DNA of 64,000 nt from the NCBI GenBank assembly GCA_963674865.2, contig CAXXYE010000007.1, forward strand, positions 288,001-352,000, in the 5' to 3' direction. This document shows positions 10,388 to 21,025 of the stretch, piece after piece; the stretch's first letter is position 1, and each line of letters opens with the position of its first letter. The notes below the pieces were generated by a model that was given only the letters and a program-made list of their open reading frames with translations, did not search any database and was not told where the DNA came from. Position numbers and translations under genes: made by a program. Source of the stretch: Candidatus Hydrogenedentota bacterium. Lineage in GTDB: Bacteria > Hydrogenedentota > Hydrogenedentia > Hydrogenedentales > SLHB01.

Positions 10388-10522
10388 GTGAAAAGAACGT
10401 TTCAACCCTCGAACACCAAGAGAAAGCGGAATCACGGCTTTCTCGCTCGTATGGCTACGGCGGGTGGCCGCAACGTCATCCGTCGGCGTCGGCAGAAGGG
10501 GCGCAAGCGCCTGTCCGCCTAA
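10388..10522 (+). CDS. rpmH: 50S ribosomal protein L34 (not in the ORF track)
   Basis: GTG start after AAAGGAG; translates [44 protein letters not shown]. Confidence 0.97.
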   Translation: MKRTFQPSNTKRKRNHGFLARMATAGGRNVIRRRRQKGRKRLSA

Positions 10523-10544
10523 CACTGGAGGTGTTGAGCCTGTT

Positions 10545-10904
10545 GTGCCGGGCCTGGAAGAGTTCCCGCGTCGTGAACGTCTCAACCGGAGAAAAGACTT
10601 TCTTGCAGTCTACGCAGACGGCCTCCGGCGTGCGGAACAACGTTTCATCTGCTATGTGGCCCGGCGGGAAGGTCAGGGGCGTAAATTTGGCTTTGCCGTA
10701 TCGCGTAAGGTCGGCAATGCGGTCGCGCGCAACCGCGTCAAACGGTTTCTGCGCGAGTTTTACAGGACCCATAGGCGGCTCATGCCGGACGACGTCTACC
10801 TCGTTATCGTCGCTCGGCCGGGCTGCGCCGACCTCACGTACCAAGAATGCAAGCGTACCATGCGGCGGTTGTTCAGGCAGGGAGGCGTGCTGAAGGATGA
10901 GTAG
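10545..10904 (+). CDS. rnpA: Ribonuclease P protein component
   Basis: RKFGFAVSRKVGNAVARNRVKRFLREFYR RNR motif; follows rpmH; GTG start inferred. Confidence 0.93.
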   Translation: MPGLEEFPRRERLNRRKDFLAVYADGLRRAEQRFICYVARREGQGRKFGFAVSRKVGNAVARNRVKRFLREFYRTHRRLMPDDVYLVIVARPGCADLTYQECKRTMRRLFRQGGVLKDE

Positions 10905-11106
10905 GGCGCTGATAGCGGTTATCAGGCTCTACCAACGCTTCATCTCCCCCTGGCTCGGCGACAACTGCCGGTTCAGCCCCACCTGCTCCGAGTATGCCGT
11001 CGAATCGCTGAGACGGCACGGCGTGGTGGCGGGCTTGGCCTACGCGTTCTGGCGCTTGGTGCGGTGCCAGCCTTTATGCAAAGGCGGTTACGACCCCGTC
11101 CCATAG
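10897..11106 (+). CDS. yidD: Membrane protein insertion efficiency factor
   Basis: YQRFISP..CRFSPTCSEYA..RCQP..GGYDPVP. Confidence 0.95.
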   Translation: MSRALIAVIRLYQRFISPWLGDNCRFSPTCSEYAVESLRRHGVVAGLAYAFWRLVRCQPLCKGGYDPVP

Positions 11107-11134
11107 GCTCAACCACTTCCTTGGGAGACCAAGG

Positions 11135-12994
11135 GTGTGGGATGACGATCGCGATAAGGAATTGATGCGCAATCAGGTGATTGCCATCATTCTGATGACA
11201 GTCCTGGTGGTCGTATGGTTCACGTTCTTCGTGCCCAAGCGGCCGCCCGCGCCGCCCCCATCTCAACCTGTCGCGACCGAGCAGGCCGAATCCCCGCAAG
11301 GCGTCCCCACGGAGTCTGCTGCGGAGGACCTATCTCAAGTCGCCGCCGCGGGCGCACAAGACGCCTGGCCGTTTCTGCCGGCCATCGAGCAGCCCGACCC
11401 CGCCGCCGACGAAGTGGCCATCGAGAACGGCCACCTTCGCCTGCTATTCACACGCGTCGGCGGGCGGTTAAAGGAAGCCGTCCCCATGCTGGGCGAGAAC
11501 GGCCAGAACGCCGTCCAACTCGTCCCCGAGGCGCCGGACACCCCCGATACCCAGTCGGCCTATCCCATGGGCCTGCGATTCAGCGACGAGGCCATCCAAG
11601 ACGCCCTCGACGTGCGCCGGTTTAACTACCAACGGAGCGACGACGGCAGGAGCGTCACCTTCGAGCTCGCCACCCCCGCGCTGCAAGTCCGCAAGACCTT
11701 CTCGCTGGGCGACAAGCCCAACGTTTTGGACGTCGCCATCGAGTGCCGCAATGTCGGGGAAACGCCCCACTTGTTCGGCATGGACCAAACGCCCGCATAC
11801 GACCTCAGTTGGGAGCCCAACGTCGATTCACGCGACAAAACCAAAGGCGTAAGACAGGCCATCGCCTGGCGCAGCCAGGGGCAGACCTCCGCGGTCCACA
11901 CCACCAAGATCGCCGGCAAGTATGACGGCGCGGGACGCGTGCGCGATCCTGAGTGGCTCGCGGCGCGCAGCGCCTACTTCGTCATCGCCATGAAACCGGA
12001 AACGGAAGAGCCCGTGCAAGGATTCTTCCAGGGCGATGACAACCGCTTCCGTTTCGGCCTCGCCGTGCCGCGTTTTGAACTCGCCCCGAGCGAAGCCCAC
12101 GTGGACCGGTTCAAGGTCTACATCGGCCCGAACCAGATGAGCAGCCTGGGAGCAGCCTGGGAGTCGCTGCCCAGCGTCCTGCGGTTCTTTGAGTCCGTCG
12201 ATTTCATGGACCGCTTCTCCAAGCTGCTGCTGCGCGTTCTCAACTGGTTCTACGCCCACACCATTCCGAACTACGGCGTGGCCATCATCCTGCTTACACT
12301 CGTCGTCCGCCTCATCCTCTATCCGCTCACGCTGAAAAGCATGCGCAGCATGAAGAAGATGCAGCTTCTCGCGCCTGAAATGGAGGAGCTTAAGAAGAAG
12401 TACGGCGACGACCAGCAGGAGATGAACAAGCGCCTCATGGAAATGTACCGTGAGCGCGGCGTCAATCCTCTCGGCGGGTGCTTCCCCATTCTGCTTCAGA
12501 TGCCCGTCCTCATCGCTCTCTGGCGCATGATCTGGAGTGCATTCGAGCTACGGGGCGCCTCCTTCCTTTGGATTGCGGATCTTTCCGAACCGGATCGCCT
12601 TTTCCACATGCCGTTTATGACTCACCTGCCCATTTTCGGCCAGGCCCTCGAGTACTTCAACATCCTGCCCATTCTCGGCGGCGTGGCCATGATCGTCCAG
12701 CAGAAAGTGATGCCCACCAGCGGGCCCGCCCAGAATTCACAGCAGAAGACCATGATGACGCTCATGCCCATTCTCATGACCGTCTTGTTCTACAAGTGGG
12801 CGGCGGGATTGAACCTCTATATCTTGACCGGGACGGTGCTTGGCATGGCCCAGAACTACTTTGTCCGGCCCGGCGAACTTGCCCCCGTCAAGAAGAAGAA
12901 AGTCGGTACGAAGCAGCATTTTTACACAGCGGCTAAGGCACGCGAACGTCAGAAGGCCCGTGAGGCGCGAAAGAAGAAGAAGCCACCCTCTTAA
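11135..12994 (+). CDS. yidC: Membrane protein insertase YidC
   Basis: NYGVAIILLTLVVRLILYPL, GVNPLGGCFPILLQMP, FLWIADLSEPD; conserved operon context. Confidence 0.96.
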   Translation: MWDDDRDKELMRNQVIAIILMTVLVVVWFTFFVPKRPPAPPPSQPVATEQAESPQGVPTESAAEDLSQVAAAGAQDAWPFLPAIEQPDPAADEVAIENGHLRLLFTRVGGRLKEAVPMLGENGQNAVQLVPEAPDTPDTQSAYPMGLRFSDEAIQDALDVRRFNYQRSDDGRSVTFELATPALQVRKTFSLGDKPNVLDVAIECRNVGETPHLFGMDQTPAYDLSWEPNVDSRDKTKGVRQAIAWRSQGQTSAVHTTKIAGKYDGAGRVRDPEWLAARSAYFVIAMKPETEEPVQGFFQGDDNRFRFGLAVPRFELAPSEAHVDRFKVYIGPNQMSSLGAAWESLPSVLRFFESVDFMDRFSKLLLRVLNWFYAHTIPNYGVAIILLTLVVRLILYPLTLKSMRSMKKMQLLAPEMEELKKKYGDDQQEMNKRLMEMYRERGVNPLGGCFPILLQMPVLIALWRMIWSAFELRGASFLWIADLSEPDRLFHMPFMTHLPIFGQALEYFNILPILGGVAMIVQQKVMPTSGPAQNSQQKTMMTLMPILMTVLFYKWAAGLNLYILTGTVLGMAQNYFVRPGELAPVKKKKVGTKQHFYTAAKARERQKAREARKKKKPPS

Positions 12995-13143
12995 GAGTGC
13001 GGCCGGAAAGCCACCGAACAACGGAGACCGAACATTTTGGGTGCTGACACAGTGAGACTTACAAGCGCGCCAAGGGCGACCGTGCCCCGCCGGGAACCGT
13101 GATCTCTGGCCGGATTCCCAGAGAACATAGGAGGTCCTCCTAC

Positions 13144-14118
13144 ATGCGAGAAGTGGAAGTATCTGCAAAAACACGCGAAGAAGCCATCGAGTTGGCCCTG
13201 AAAGAGCTCCGCGCGGAGCGTCACGAGGTGAGCGTCGAGATCATTGATGAAGGGAGCCGCGGCTTCTTAGGCATCGGTGCACGCGACGTGAAGATCCGCG
13301 TGTCCTCCGAATCGGCCCCTGACGAGCCCGCGCCCAAGTCGGCTCCTTCCCGACGGCCTTCAGCACGCGCCGAGGTGAGGTCCGCGCAACGAGGCGGCCA
13401 AAGCGAACGCCGCCGCAATGCGTCCCCCCCGAAGAACGCGCCCCCCGCCAAGAAACAGGAGAAGCGCCAGGAACCGCCCCGAAAGGCCGCCCCCCAGACG
13501 TCCGCTGGCGACGACCGCGGCGATGAGGCCGCCGCGCTTCTTCAGGAAGTGATCAGGCTCATGGGCATCGAGGCGAAGGTTGCGAGCACGCCCATCGAAT
13601 CCAACGGCGTGCGACTCAACGTCGAGTCGCCCGATTCGGCCATCCTCATCGGACGCAAGGGACGCAATCTGAGCGCCATGCAATACCTCATCAACCGAAT
13701 GGTGCAACGCAGCGACGACGGTGACCGCGGCGAGCGCATCGTCGTTGACGTCGAGGGATACCTGGACCGCCGCAAGGAAAGCCTCGAGGATATGGCCCGG
13801 CGCATAGCCGACCGCGCCAAGCACATCAACCGCGAAATTCGCCTCAAGCCTCTCAGCCCCCAGGAGCGCCGCATCGTCCATCTCACCTTGCAAGACGATC
13901 CCGACGTGCGGACCTTCAGTCTCGGCAATTCAGTCTACCGCCGCGTGGTGATCGCCCCAAAGGACCTGGAAGTAGCCGAAGATCAGGAAGCCCCCGAACG
14001 CCCGGCGCCCGAAGGCCGGCGACGCAGCTCCAACCGCGGCCGCCGAAACTACGGAGGCCGGCCGTACCGTGGATCATCCCGCGGCGCCCGGGCCGACGGT
14101 GCGTCCAACCAGTCTTGA
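13144..14118 (+). CDS. jag: Jag/KhpB (EloR) RNA-binding protein (Jag_N-KH-R3H)
   Basis: AGGAGG RBS; KH motif LIGRKGRNL; R3H motif ERRIVH. Confidence 0.92.
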   Translation: MREVEVSAKTREEAIELALKELRAERHEVSVEIIDEGSRGFLGIGARDVKIRVSSESAPDEPAPKSAPSRRPSARAEVRSAQRGGQSERRRNASPPKNAPPAKKQEKRQEPPRKAAPQTSAGDDRGDEAAALLQEVIRLMGIEAKVASTPIESNGVRLNVESPDSAILIGRKGRNLSAMQYLINRMVQRSDDGDRGERIVVDVEGYLDRRKESLEDMARRIADRAKHINREIRLKPLSPQERRIVHLTLQDDPDVRTFSLGNSVYRRVVIAPKDLEVAEDQEAPERPAPEGRRRSSNRGRRNYGGRPYRGSSRGARADGASNQS

Positions 14119-15478
14119 CGACACCATCGCCGCTATCGCCACGCCCCGAGGGGAGGGCGGCATCGGCATTGTCCGCGTGAGTGGGGGAGAGGCCCTCGTC
14201 ATCGCCGAAGCCCTCTTCGTGTCCTCCAGCGGCCGAGATATCCGCACCGATGTCAGGCAGGTCTACCACGGAACCATCCGCTACGGCGCCGCGGCCATCG
14301 ACGAAGCCCTTCTTCACGTGATGCGCGCGCCCCACAGCTACACCCGGGAAGACGTGGTCGAGATCAACTGCCACGGCGGCGCCGCCCCGCTCAACGCCGT
14401 CCTCGATCTGGTGCTCGCCCGTGGAGCCCGCCTCGCCGAGCCCGGCGAGTTCACGCGCAGGGCCTTCCTCAACGGGCGCATCGACCTTGTCCAGGCGGAG
14501 GCGGTGATCGACCGCATACGCGCCCAGACCCGCGCCGGACTCCGCGCCGCGGCCTCGGCCGCCGGTGGGACCCTATCGCGGGCCATTCACGAATGCCGGG
14601 ACACGCTAGCCGACGCCTTGGCGCGTATCGAAGCCGCCGTCGACTTCCCCGAAGACGACCTGCCCGACCTCGTTGATCCGGCCCTGCGCGAACGCCTCGA
14701 GCAAGCCCTCCGCCGCATGGGCGAGCTGCTCGACACCGCCGAGACGGGCCGCCTGTATCGAGAGGGAGCCGGCGTCGCCATCGCCGGCAGGCCGAATGTC
14801 GGTAAGTCCAGCTTGTTTAACGCCTTGCTGCGCGACGCCCGCGCCATCGTGACCGCCGAGCCTGGCACCACGCGCGACCGCCTCGAAGAGGTCATCACCA
14901 TCTCCGGCGTGCCGGTACGGCTATCCGACACCGCGGGCTTGCGCTCCGCGGAGGACGAGGCCGAACGGATCGGCGTGCAGGTTGCCCGAGACGCCGTCAA
15001 GCAGGCCGACTGCGTCATCCTCGTCCTCGACGCCTCGGCGCCATGTACCGAGCAGGATGAACGCCTGGCCCGTGAGGTGCTTGAACACAACGCGCCAGCG
15101 CTGTTGGCCCTCAACAAGACCGACATCGCCCAAGCCGCGCCATTTCCCCCGTGGGCGGCTGATTTCACGGCGTCATGCCGCCTTTCCGCCAAGACGGGGG
15201 AGGGCCTGCACGAGTTGGAGGCGAATCTAAGCAGTATCCTGCTGGCCCCGGGCGCCGTATCGCCCGATCAAGGCATGATCAACCGTGCTCATCAGCGCGA
15301 CAGCCTGCGCAGGGCCCACGAGGCGCTACGGCGGCTGCTCGATAACTTCCACGCCTCCCCCGAGTTCCTCAGCATCGACCTCCGCGAAGCCCTTCAGGCC
15401 CTCGGCGAGATCACCGGCGAAACCACGCCCGAAGACATTCTCGACAGGATCTTCTCATCCTTCTGCATCGGGAAATGA
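14099..15478 (+). CDS. mnmE: tRNA modification GTPase MnmE
   Basis: DTIAAIATP, GRPNVGKSS, GTTRD, DTAG, C-terminal FCIGK. Confidence 0.97.
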   Translation: MRPTSLDDTIAAIATPRGEGGIGIVRVSGGEALVIAEALFVSSSGRDIRTDVRQVYHGTIRYGAAAIDEALLHVMRAPHSYTREDVVEINCHGGAAPLNAVLDLVLARGARLAEPGEFTRRAFLNGRIDLVQAEAVIDRIRAQTRAGLRAAASAAGGTLSRAIHECRDTLADALARIEAAVDFPEDDLPDLVDPALRERLEQALRRMGELLDTAETGRLYREGAGVAIAGRPNVGKSSLFNALLRDARAIVTAEPGTTRDRLEEVITISGVPVRLSDTAGLRSAEDEAERIGVQVARDAVKQADCVILVLDASAPCTEQDERLAREVLEHNAPALLALNKTDIAQAAPFPPWAADFTASCRLSAKTGEGLHELEANLSSILLAPGAVSPDQGMINRAHQRDSLRRAHEALRRLLDNFHASPEFLSIDLREALQALGEITGETTPEDILDRIFSSFCIGK

Positions 15479-15535
15479 GGCGATCCTATCCTCCCCGACA
15501 TTGTGATCCCGTCACCCATCGAGTAGCATGGCGCT

Positions 15536-16867
15536 ATGGGAAAAGACCTGTTTGAAGCGGCCGCCGCCGAGCGGCTCCGCAAGGAAGCTCCGCTGCCGCG
15601 CCGTGTGGCGCCACGCACGTTCGACGATCTCCTCGGACAGGAGGCCATCCTTGGGCCGGGGAAGATACTGCGCCGCGCCATCGAGGCCGACCGCATCACC
15701 TCGCTCATTCTCTACGGCCCGCCCGGCTGCGGAAAGACGGCGCTGGCCCGTATTATCGCCATGCGCACCGCCGCCGCCTTCGAGCCCCTCAACGCCGTTA
15801 CCTCAGGCGTCGGCGACTTGCGAAAGCTCATTGACGCCGCCCGGCAGCGGCTAATTCACGACCAAAGACGCACCATCGTGTTCATTGACGAGATCCATCG
15901 CTTCAACCGCGCCCAGCAGGACGCCCTGCTTCCCTCCGTCGAGAACGGTACCATCATCCTCATCGGCGCCACCACCGAAAATCCCTTCTTCTCCGTCGTG
16001 GCGCCGCTTCTATCGCGGTCGCAGGTATTCGAGTTCTCAGGCCTCTCCGAAGAGCATATCGTCACGCTCCTGAAACGCGCCTTGACGCACCCGGAGCGCG
16101 GCCTCGAAGGATGCGAAGTCCGCGCGGATGAGGCGGCCCTGCGGCACATCGCCCTTTACTCCGAGGGCGACGCGCGACGCGCCCTGAACGCCCTCGACGT
16201 GGCCATGTTGACCACCCCGCCCGAGGAAGGCGTGATTCACATAACTCCCGAGGTCGCCCAGGAGTCCATACAGAAGAAGATGCTCCACTACGACGGCGGA
16301 GGCGACGAGCATTACGACGCTGCCAGCGCCTTCATCAAGAGCATGCGCGGCTCCGACCCGGACTCCGCCGTCTATTGGATGGCCCGCATGATTGTAGCCG
16401 GCGACAGCCCCCGTTTCATTGCCCGGCGCATCTGTATCTGTGCTTCAGAAGACGTGGGCAATGCCGATCCCATGGCCCTGGCCGTGGCCACGGCCGCCTG
16501 GCAGGCCAGCGAACTTGTCGGATTCCCGGAGGCCCAGATCATCCTCTCCCAGGCGGCCACCTACGTCGCCTGCGCCCCCAAGAGCAACGCATCCTACCTT
16601 GCCATTGGCCAAGCCGTGGCCGATGTGCGCGAACAGAAAACCATCCCCGTGCCGAAACACCTCCAGGATGCCCACTACAAAGGGGCCAAGCGGCTGGGGC
16701 GCGGCGAGGGATACAAGTACGCCCACGACTACGAAGACGGCTATGTCGTGCAGGACTACGGCGTTCCCCGCGGGACCTACTACCACCCCGCCGACCGCGG
16801 CAAGGAAGGCGAGTTCAAGCGCCGGCTCGAATCGTTTGATGAGCGGGCCCCAGACAACGACGCGTGA
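15536..16867 (+). CDS. rarA: Replication-associated recombination protein A (MgsA AAA+ ATPase)
   Basis: GPPGCGKT, FIDEIHRFN, ATTENP, SAFIKSMRGSDPD, SEDVGNADP. Confidence 0.95.
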   Translation: MGKDLFEAAAAERLRKEAPLPRRVAPRTFDDLLGQEAILGPGKILRRAIEADRITSLILYGPPGCGKTALARIIAMRTAAAFEPLNAVTSGVGDLRKLIDAARQRLIHDQRRTIVFIDEIHRFNRAQQDALLPSVENGTIILIGATTENPFFSVVAPLLSRSQVFEFSGLSEEHIVTLLKRALTHPERGLEGCEVRADEAALRHIALYSEGDARRALNALDVAMLTTPPEEGVIHITPEVAQESIQKKMLHYDGGGDEHYDAASAFIKSMRGSDPDSAVYWMARMIVAGDSPRFIARRICICASEDVGNADPMALAVATAAWQASELVGFPEAQIILSQAATYVACAPKSNASYLAIGQAVADVREQKTIPVPKHLQDAHYKGAKRLGRGEGYKYAHDYEDGYVVQDYGVPRGTYYHPADRGKEGEFKRRLESFDERAPDNDA

Positions 16868-16877
16868 GATATCCGGA

Positions 16878-17636
16878 CTAGGCCTCGGATTGCCCGACCT
16901 GCTTGTCAATGAAGACCTGCGTCAGCTCCGGGTCGAAATGCTTCCCCTGCTCCTGCCGAAGATGTTCAGCGGCCTCATCATGCGTGCTGACGCCATCGCG
17001 GTAATGGCGCTTGCTCGTCATTGCGCAGTACACGTCCACAATGCGCACGATGCGCGCAAGATAGGGAATGGCGTCGCCCTCGAGGCCATCCGGATAGCCC
17101 GTGCCGTCGTAGCACTCGTGATGGCGGCGGACAATATCCACCGTATCCTTGAGCGCCGGCACATCCTGCACCGCATCGGCGCCGAAATGAGGATGCTTGT
17201 GAAGGATCTCCCATTCCTCGTACGTGAGCAATCCTTCCTTGAGCAGCGTATCGTTGGGAACCTTGAGCTTTCCGATGTCGCGAATCAGCGCTCCGCGCTC
17301 GAGCGTGAACCGATCATCCTCGCTCAAACCAAGCGCGTCTGCGAACCGCATGGCGTGATCCCGGACGCGGAGGGAACTTCCCGGACGGAAGGATTCCCGG
17401 CAATCAATCGCCTCCGCCAGCAGACAGAGCAATCCCTCTCCCTGCGCGCCGCAGGCCAGGGCCGTCTCGAGCGCCCGGCCCGTGTCCTCGCAGCCCGCCA
17501 GCACCACGGTGGTGCCCGGAGGCGCATCATCCGCGCTTGTCACGCGGACGACTTGCGCGTCCTGCCCTTTCGCCGCCTCGGTAACCGCCTCATAAAACGG
17601 TTCACCATCCCCTACGATGGCAATGCGCTTGATCAT
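16878..17636 (-). CDS. HD-GYP domain protein with degenerate active site
   Basis: HHECYDGTGYPDGL retained; HD motif reads RD (LIRDIGK). Confidence 0.85.
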   Translation of the reverse strand: MIKRIAIVGDGEPFYEAVTEAAKGQDAQVVRVTSADDAPPGTTVVLAGCEDTGRALETALACGAQGEGLLCLLAEAIDCRESFRPGSSLRVRDHAMRFADALGLSEDDRFTLERGALIRDIGKLKVPNDTLLKEGLLTYEEWEILHKHPHFGADAVQDVPALKDTVDIVRRHHECYDGTGYPDGLEGDAIPYLARIVRIVDVYCAMTSKRHYRDGVSTHDEAAEHLRQEQGKHFDPELTQVFIDKQVGQSEA

Positions 17637-17833
17637 GGACGCCTCCTTCTTTGATCCCTGCAGGCCCTCATGTTAGCACGAGCGCCGCGCTCCGGCAACG
17701 GTGAGTCTGGATCGAAACTCCCCGTGGCAACCCGGCCGCTGGCCTACCCCCGTTAGCCCCCGCAAATCCAGAAGAGGCACAAGCGCGGGGGGGGGGGGCA
17801 AATGACCCCGGAAGACGCGGATGCCAATCCGAG

Positions 17834-19084
17834 TTATTTCCCCAGCAGAAAGGTGACGGCATCCGTGTTCCACAGTGCGATGCCGATGTCCTGGTTGTCA
17901 TCCTTGTCGAAATCGGCGGTGCACAGCGCTCGGGGGGAGCCGTTCTTGAAGGTATACGTTTCCTTGTCAAAGGTGAGGGGTGTTTGGCCCTTCTTCGACT
18001 TATTCATCAGGACGATGACGCTCTGGGAGGCGTAGCAGGCAACCGCAATATCCATGCGGCGGTCATTATCGAAGTCGGCGACGACGAGATCGCGGACCTC
18101 GTGTTCCACTTTCGCACGCTCTTTTCCGAGCAGGATCTCCTGTGACAAACTGAACTGGAAGCCGCCGTCACCGAAGAAAATCACGATGGAATCGTCGGCG
18201 TGGCAATGCGAAACGACGAGGTCCTCTTCGCCATCGCGGTTCATATCGGCCACGGCAACCTTGTGCGGCAGTGCGCCGCGCGATGGGAATCGCCCGGCTT
18301 CCTCGAAAGCGCCGGTCCCATCACCCTTCCAGAGGGCCACCTCGTTGGTGCAGTACATGGTAGTGACGAGGTCGGTGTGCTTGTCGCCGTCGAAGTCGGC
18401 GGCGGCCAGATCCCTAGGCCCGCCGTAGGCGGGGATGTAACGCGGCTCGCCGAGATAGGATTCGTAGACTCCCGGGACGAAGATCAGGACGTCACAGGAC
18501 CACCCGGTGGCCAAAACATCGCGGTAGCCGTCGCCGTCGACATCCTTCACGATGAGCGCGGTGATGCCGGGGAGGGTGTAAACGGGCTTGCCGTCGAAGT
18601 CCCGCATGCGGGCGTACGAGAGCGTGTCCGTGGCCAATTCGAACTGCGAGGCCAGGAGGTTGTCTTCGACATTCCGAAAGAGAGAGATGTGGCGGCTCTT
18701 TGCGGCATGGAAGTTTCCGACGACGAGGTCCGGCGCGGGGAGAGCGTCCATGTTGGCGACGGCGATACAGTACGGCCCGAATCCGGTGGGCAGCGTCTGG
18801 CGCGAATACGTAAGGTCGCCCTCGGCCTTGAGATAGGACAACTCGTTATTAGCGGGCCGCTCCTCGCGAGGCTCATACATCTCGCCGCGGTCCGCCGTAA
18901 AGATCTCGGGCAGACCGTCACCATTCATGTCGGCGGCCACGATGTCTTCCGGCTCGGGGCCGACGGGGATAGCCTGGGGGTGCTTCTTGAAGCTATCGGC
19001 GGAGGCCGACCACGCGAGCAATACAAGGCACAGCACCGCCGGAACCGCGCACCGGCGACAAACCAATTGTTGAGATTTCAACAT
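17834..19084 (-). CDS. Secreted FG-GAP/VCBS repeat beta-propeller protein
   Basis: Repeated AD(M/F)(N/D)GDG..D(I/L)V motifs; signal peptide after ATG 19084 (start inferred). Confidence 0.85.
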   Translation of the reverse strand: MLKSQQLVCRRCAVPAVLCLVLLAWSASADSFKKHPQAIPVGPEPEDIVAADMNGDGLPEIFTADRGEMYEPREERPANNELSYLKAEGDLTYSRQTLPTGFGPYCIAVANMDALPAPDLVVGNFHAAKSRHISLFRNVEDNLLASQFELATDTLSYARMRDFDGKPVYTLPGITALIVKDVDGDGYRDVLATGWSCDVLIFVPGVYESYLGEPRYIPAYGGPRDLAAADFDGDKHTDLVTTMYCTNEVALWKGDGTGAFEEAGRFPSRGALPHKVAVADMNRDGEEDLVVSHCHADDSIVIFFGDGGFQFSLSQEILLGKERAKVEHEVRDLVVADFDNDRRMDIAVACYASQSVIVLMNKSKKGQTPLTFDKETYTFKNGSPRALCTADFDKDDNQDIGIALWNTDAVTFLLGK

Positions 19085-19465
19085 CAGCGACACCTTCTCC
19101 AGCAAGATATAGCGGCCCAAGAGCCGCGTCCGTGTAGAGACTATAGTGGGCGCCGCCGGTGACAAGCAAGGGTGCGCGCGATAGAAGGCGGATGCCAAGT
19201 ACAGGTTCTCGCAAATACGGTGATTTGCCATTTCTGAGGCGCTCCGCCGGGAGGGACGCGCTCCTGCGCGTCCGCGGTCGGGCGGGAGCTCGACCCTCCC
19301 TTAGCCCAAAGAGGAGGATCTCGGTTGCGAACCGCATCTGTCGCTGCTGTACAATGCGCTGGCGGGGAGTCTGTGAAGTGCATCGCCGGCGGCCCGCTCT
19401 TGGCTGGATGGCCCGCGCCCCGCAATGTCGCACGGAAGCTGCAGGGAACCTATCGAAAAGGAGCG

Positions 19466-20980
19466 ATGCAGATGCTTATGGAACTTGCCGCGTGTGTCAT
19501 GTGTCTGGCGAGGGCGCAAGCCGCCGACGCGCCGGATTTCCTCAAAGGCTTCGTGGCGGACGAGCAGGGATTTCCCGGGGCGGTGCGGGTCGCGGAGCTA
19601 TCCGTGGAGGGGGACATGGGCTGCGTAACCGTCGATATCCCCTATCTGGATGTCCACGGCGAGCCGAAGATGGGCCAGGGACGCCTGATGGTGCGGCGCC
19701 AAGAGGTAGAGTCGGGGCAGCCGCTTCCGGCGTTCTGCCATGTGCACTACGAACTGGGCCTTGCGGGGGCCAAGAAGTGGTGTGAGGAAGGCTGGGCCGT
19801 CTTCACGGGCCACTACGCTCCCAAGGACAAGGGCGGATACCCGCTCGAGCTGTGCATCGGCGACAGCAACAACTTGGCGCGGGCACTCATCCAGTGGGTG
19901 CGGCGGCTACCGTTCATCGACAGGACACGACTGCACCTCGACGGAGGGAGCGCGGGAGGCTACATGGCGCTGGCCATGAGCGCGGACATGTTTCCGGTGA
20001 CTTCGACGACGGCCAATCTGCCCGTGGTGAACTGGGCATACAACTTCGGCTATTTCGAAGCGAACAAGGCGTGCGCCAAGTACGGCGAGGTCACATGGAA
20101 GGATAGCCCGCTGCCCCTGATGAGCATGGTAACCAAGCTCGCGGATCAAGCCTACGAGGTCTTCGGCCATGACCTCAGCGTCGACGCGTGGTATCTGGTA
20201 AGTCCCATCGCCTACCTCGACCGCATCGCCAACCCGGCGTCCGTCATCTGCTCGACGGGGGATATGCTCGTTCCCCACGCGCAAATGACGCGTCGCTTCC
20301 CTCGGCCGTTTGACCCCGGCCTGTTTCCGGAGTGTTACACGCGCGACTTTGACGCCGTGACGCATGCGGCGCGGGCACGACGCCGGTTCGACGAGGTCAT
20401 CCCGAAAGAGAAACTGGATGTCCGCCTTGTCCCCAAGCATGAGGGCCTGCCCGAGTTCACCAGGGCGCAGATCATGGGGGAGGAGCCGCCGGCCAAGGCG
20501 CCGTCGCCGGTGGATCGCCCGTGGTCGCACGAGAAGCAGTGGTCCCTCGTCGTCCTCGACGAAGGGCCGCCGCTGCCTTTCTGCGGGCACATGCGCCACT
20601 TGTGGCCCTTCCCGCCAAACAGCTTCGTCGAGATGTACCGGCAGGCGACCCCGGCGCCGTCGATTTTGAATCAGCCGAAGCTCGAGCGGCTGATGGAGCG
20701 GTACGCCGGGCGCATGCGTGATCTTCCCTTGCTCGCGGACGGCACGTGCACGAATCGGTTGAACTTCGAGCCGCTGGAGCAATTGGACGTGGTTACCGGA
20801 CTGCTCGACTACGCCGGGCTGGGCGAGGTCCATACGAAGCGGTTGAAGAAGCTCTACAAAGCCTGCTTAGAGAAGCCCTTCGGCGGGCGGCTGACGCTTC
20901 GTGAACTGGGCAAGCGGCGTGACGACTTGCTTTGCCGACAGGCCGCTCCCGGCGCGACACGTGTTCTGAACCATAATTGA
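19466..20980 (+). CDS. Secreted alpha/beta hydrolase-fold protein
   Basis: AAAGGAG RBS; nucleophile elbow LDGGSAGG after FIDRTRL; signal peptide ending AQA. Confidence 0.7.
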   Translation: MQMLMELAACVMCLARAQAADAPDFLKGFVADEQGFPGAVRVAELSVEGDMGCVTVDIPYLDVHGEPKMGQGRLMVRRQEVESGQPLPAFCHVHYELGLAGAKKWCEEGWAVFTGHYAPKDKGGYPLELCIGDSNNLARALIQWVRRLPFIDRTRLHLDGGSAGGYMALAMSADMFPVTSTTANLPVVNWAYNFGYFEANKACAKYGEVTWKDSPLPLMSMVTKLADQAYEVFGHDLSVDAWYLVSPIAYLDRIANPASVICSTGDMLVPHAQMTRRFPRPFDPGLFPECYTRDFDAVTHAARARRRFDEVIPKEKLDVRLVPKHEGLPEFTRAQIMGEEPPAKAPSPVDRPWSHEKQWSLVVLDEGPPLPFCGHMRHLWPFPPNSFVEMYRQATPAPSILNQPKLERLMERYAGRMRDLPLLADGTCTNRLNFEPLEQLDVVTGLLDYAGLGEVHTKRLKKLYKACLEKPFGGRLTLRELGKRRDDLLCRQAAPGATRVLNHN

Positions 20981-21025
20981 CGTTGTCTGTCCGCAGATGA
21001 AGAGGCGCCAAAGAGAAGCGAAGAA

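Noticed and set aside
16419..17654. 411-aa ORF and other long shadow ORFs (e.g. 37325-38731, 23596-24618, 62314-63408)
   Set aside because: Antisense or off-frame overlaps of well-supported genes, expected at high GC, with no motifs.
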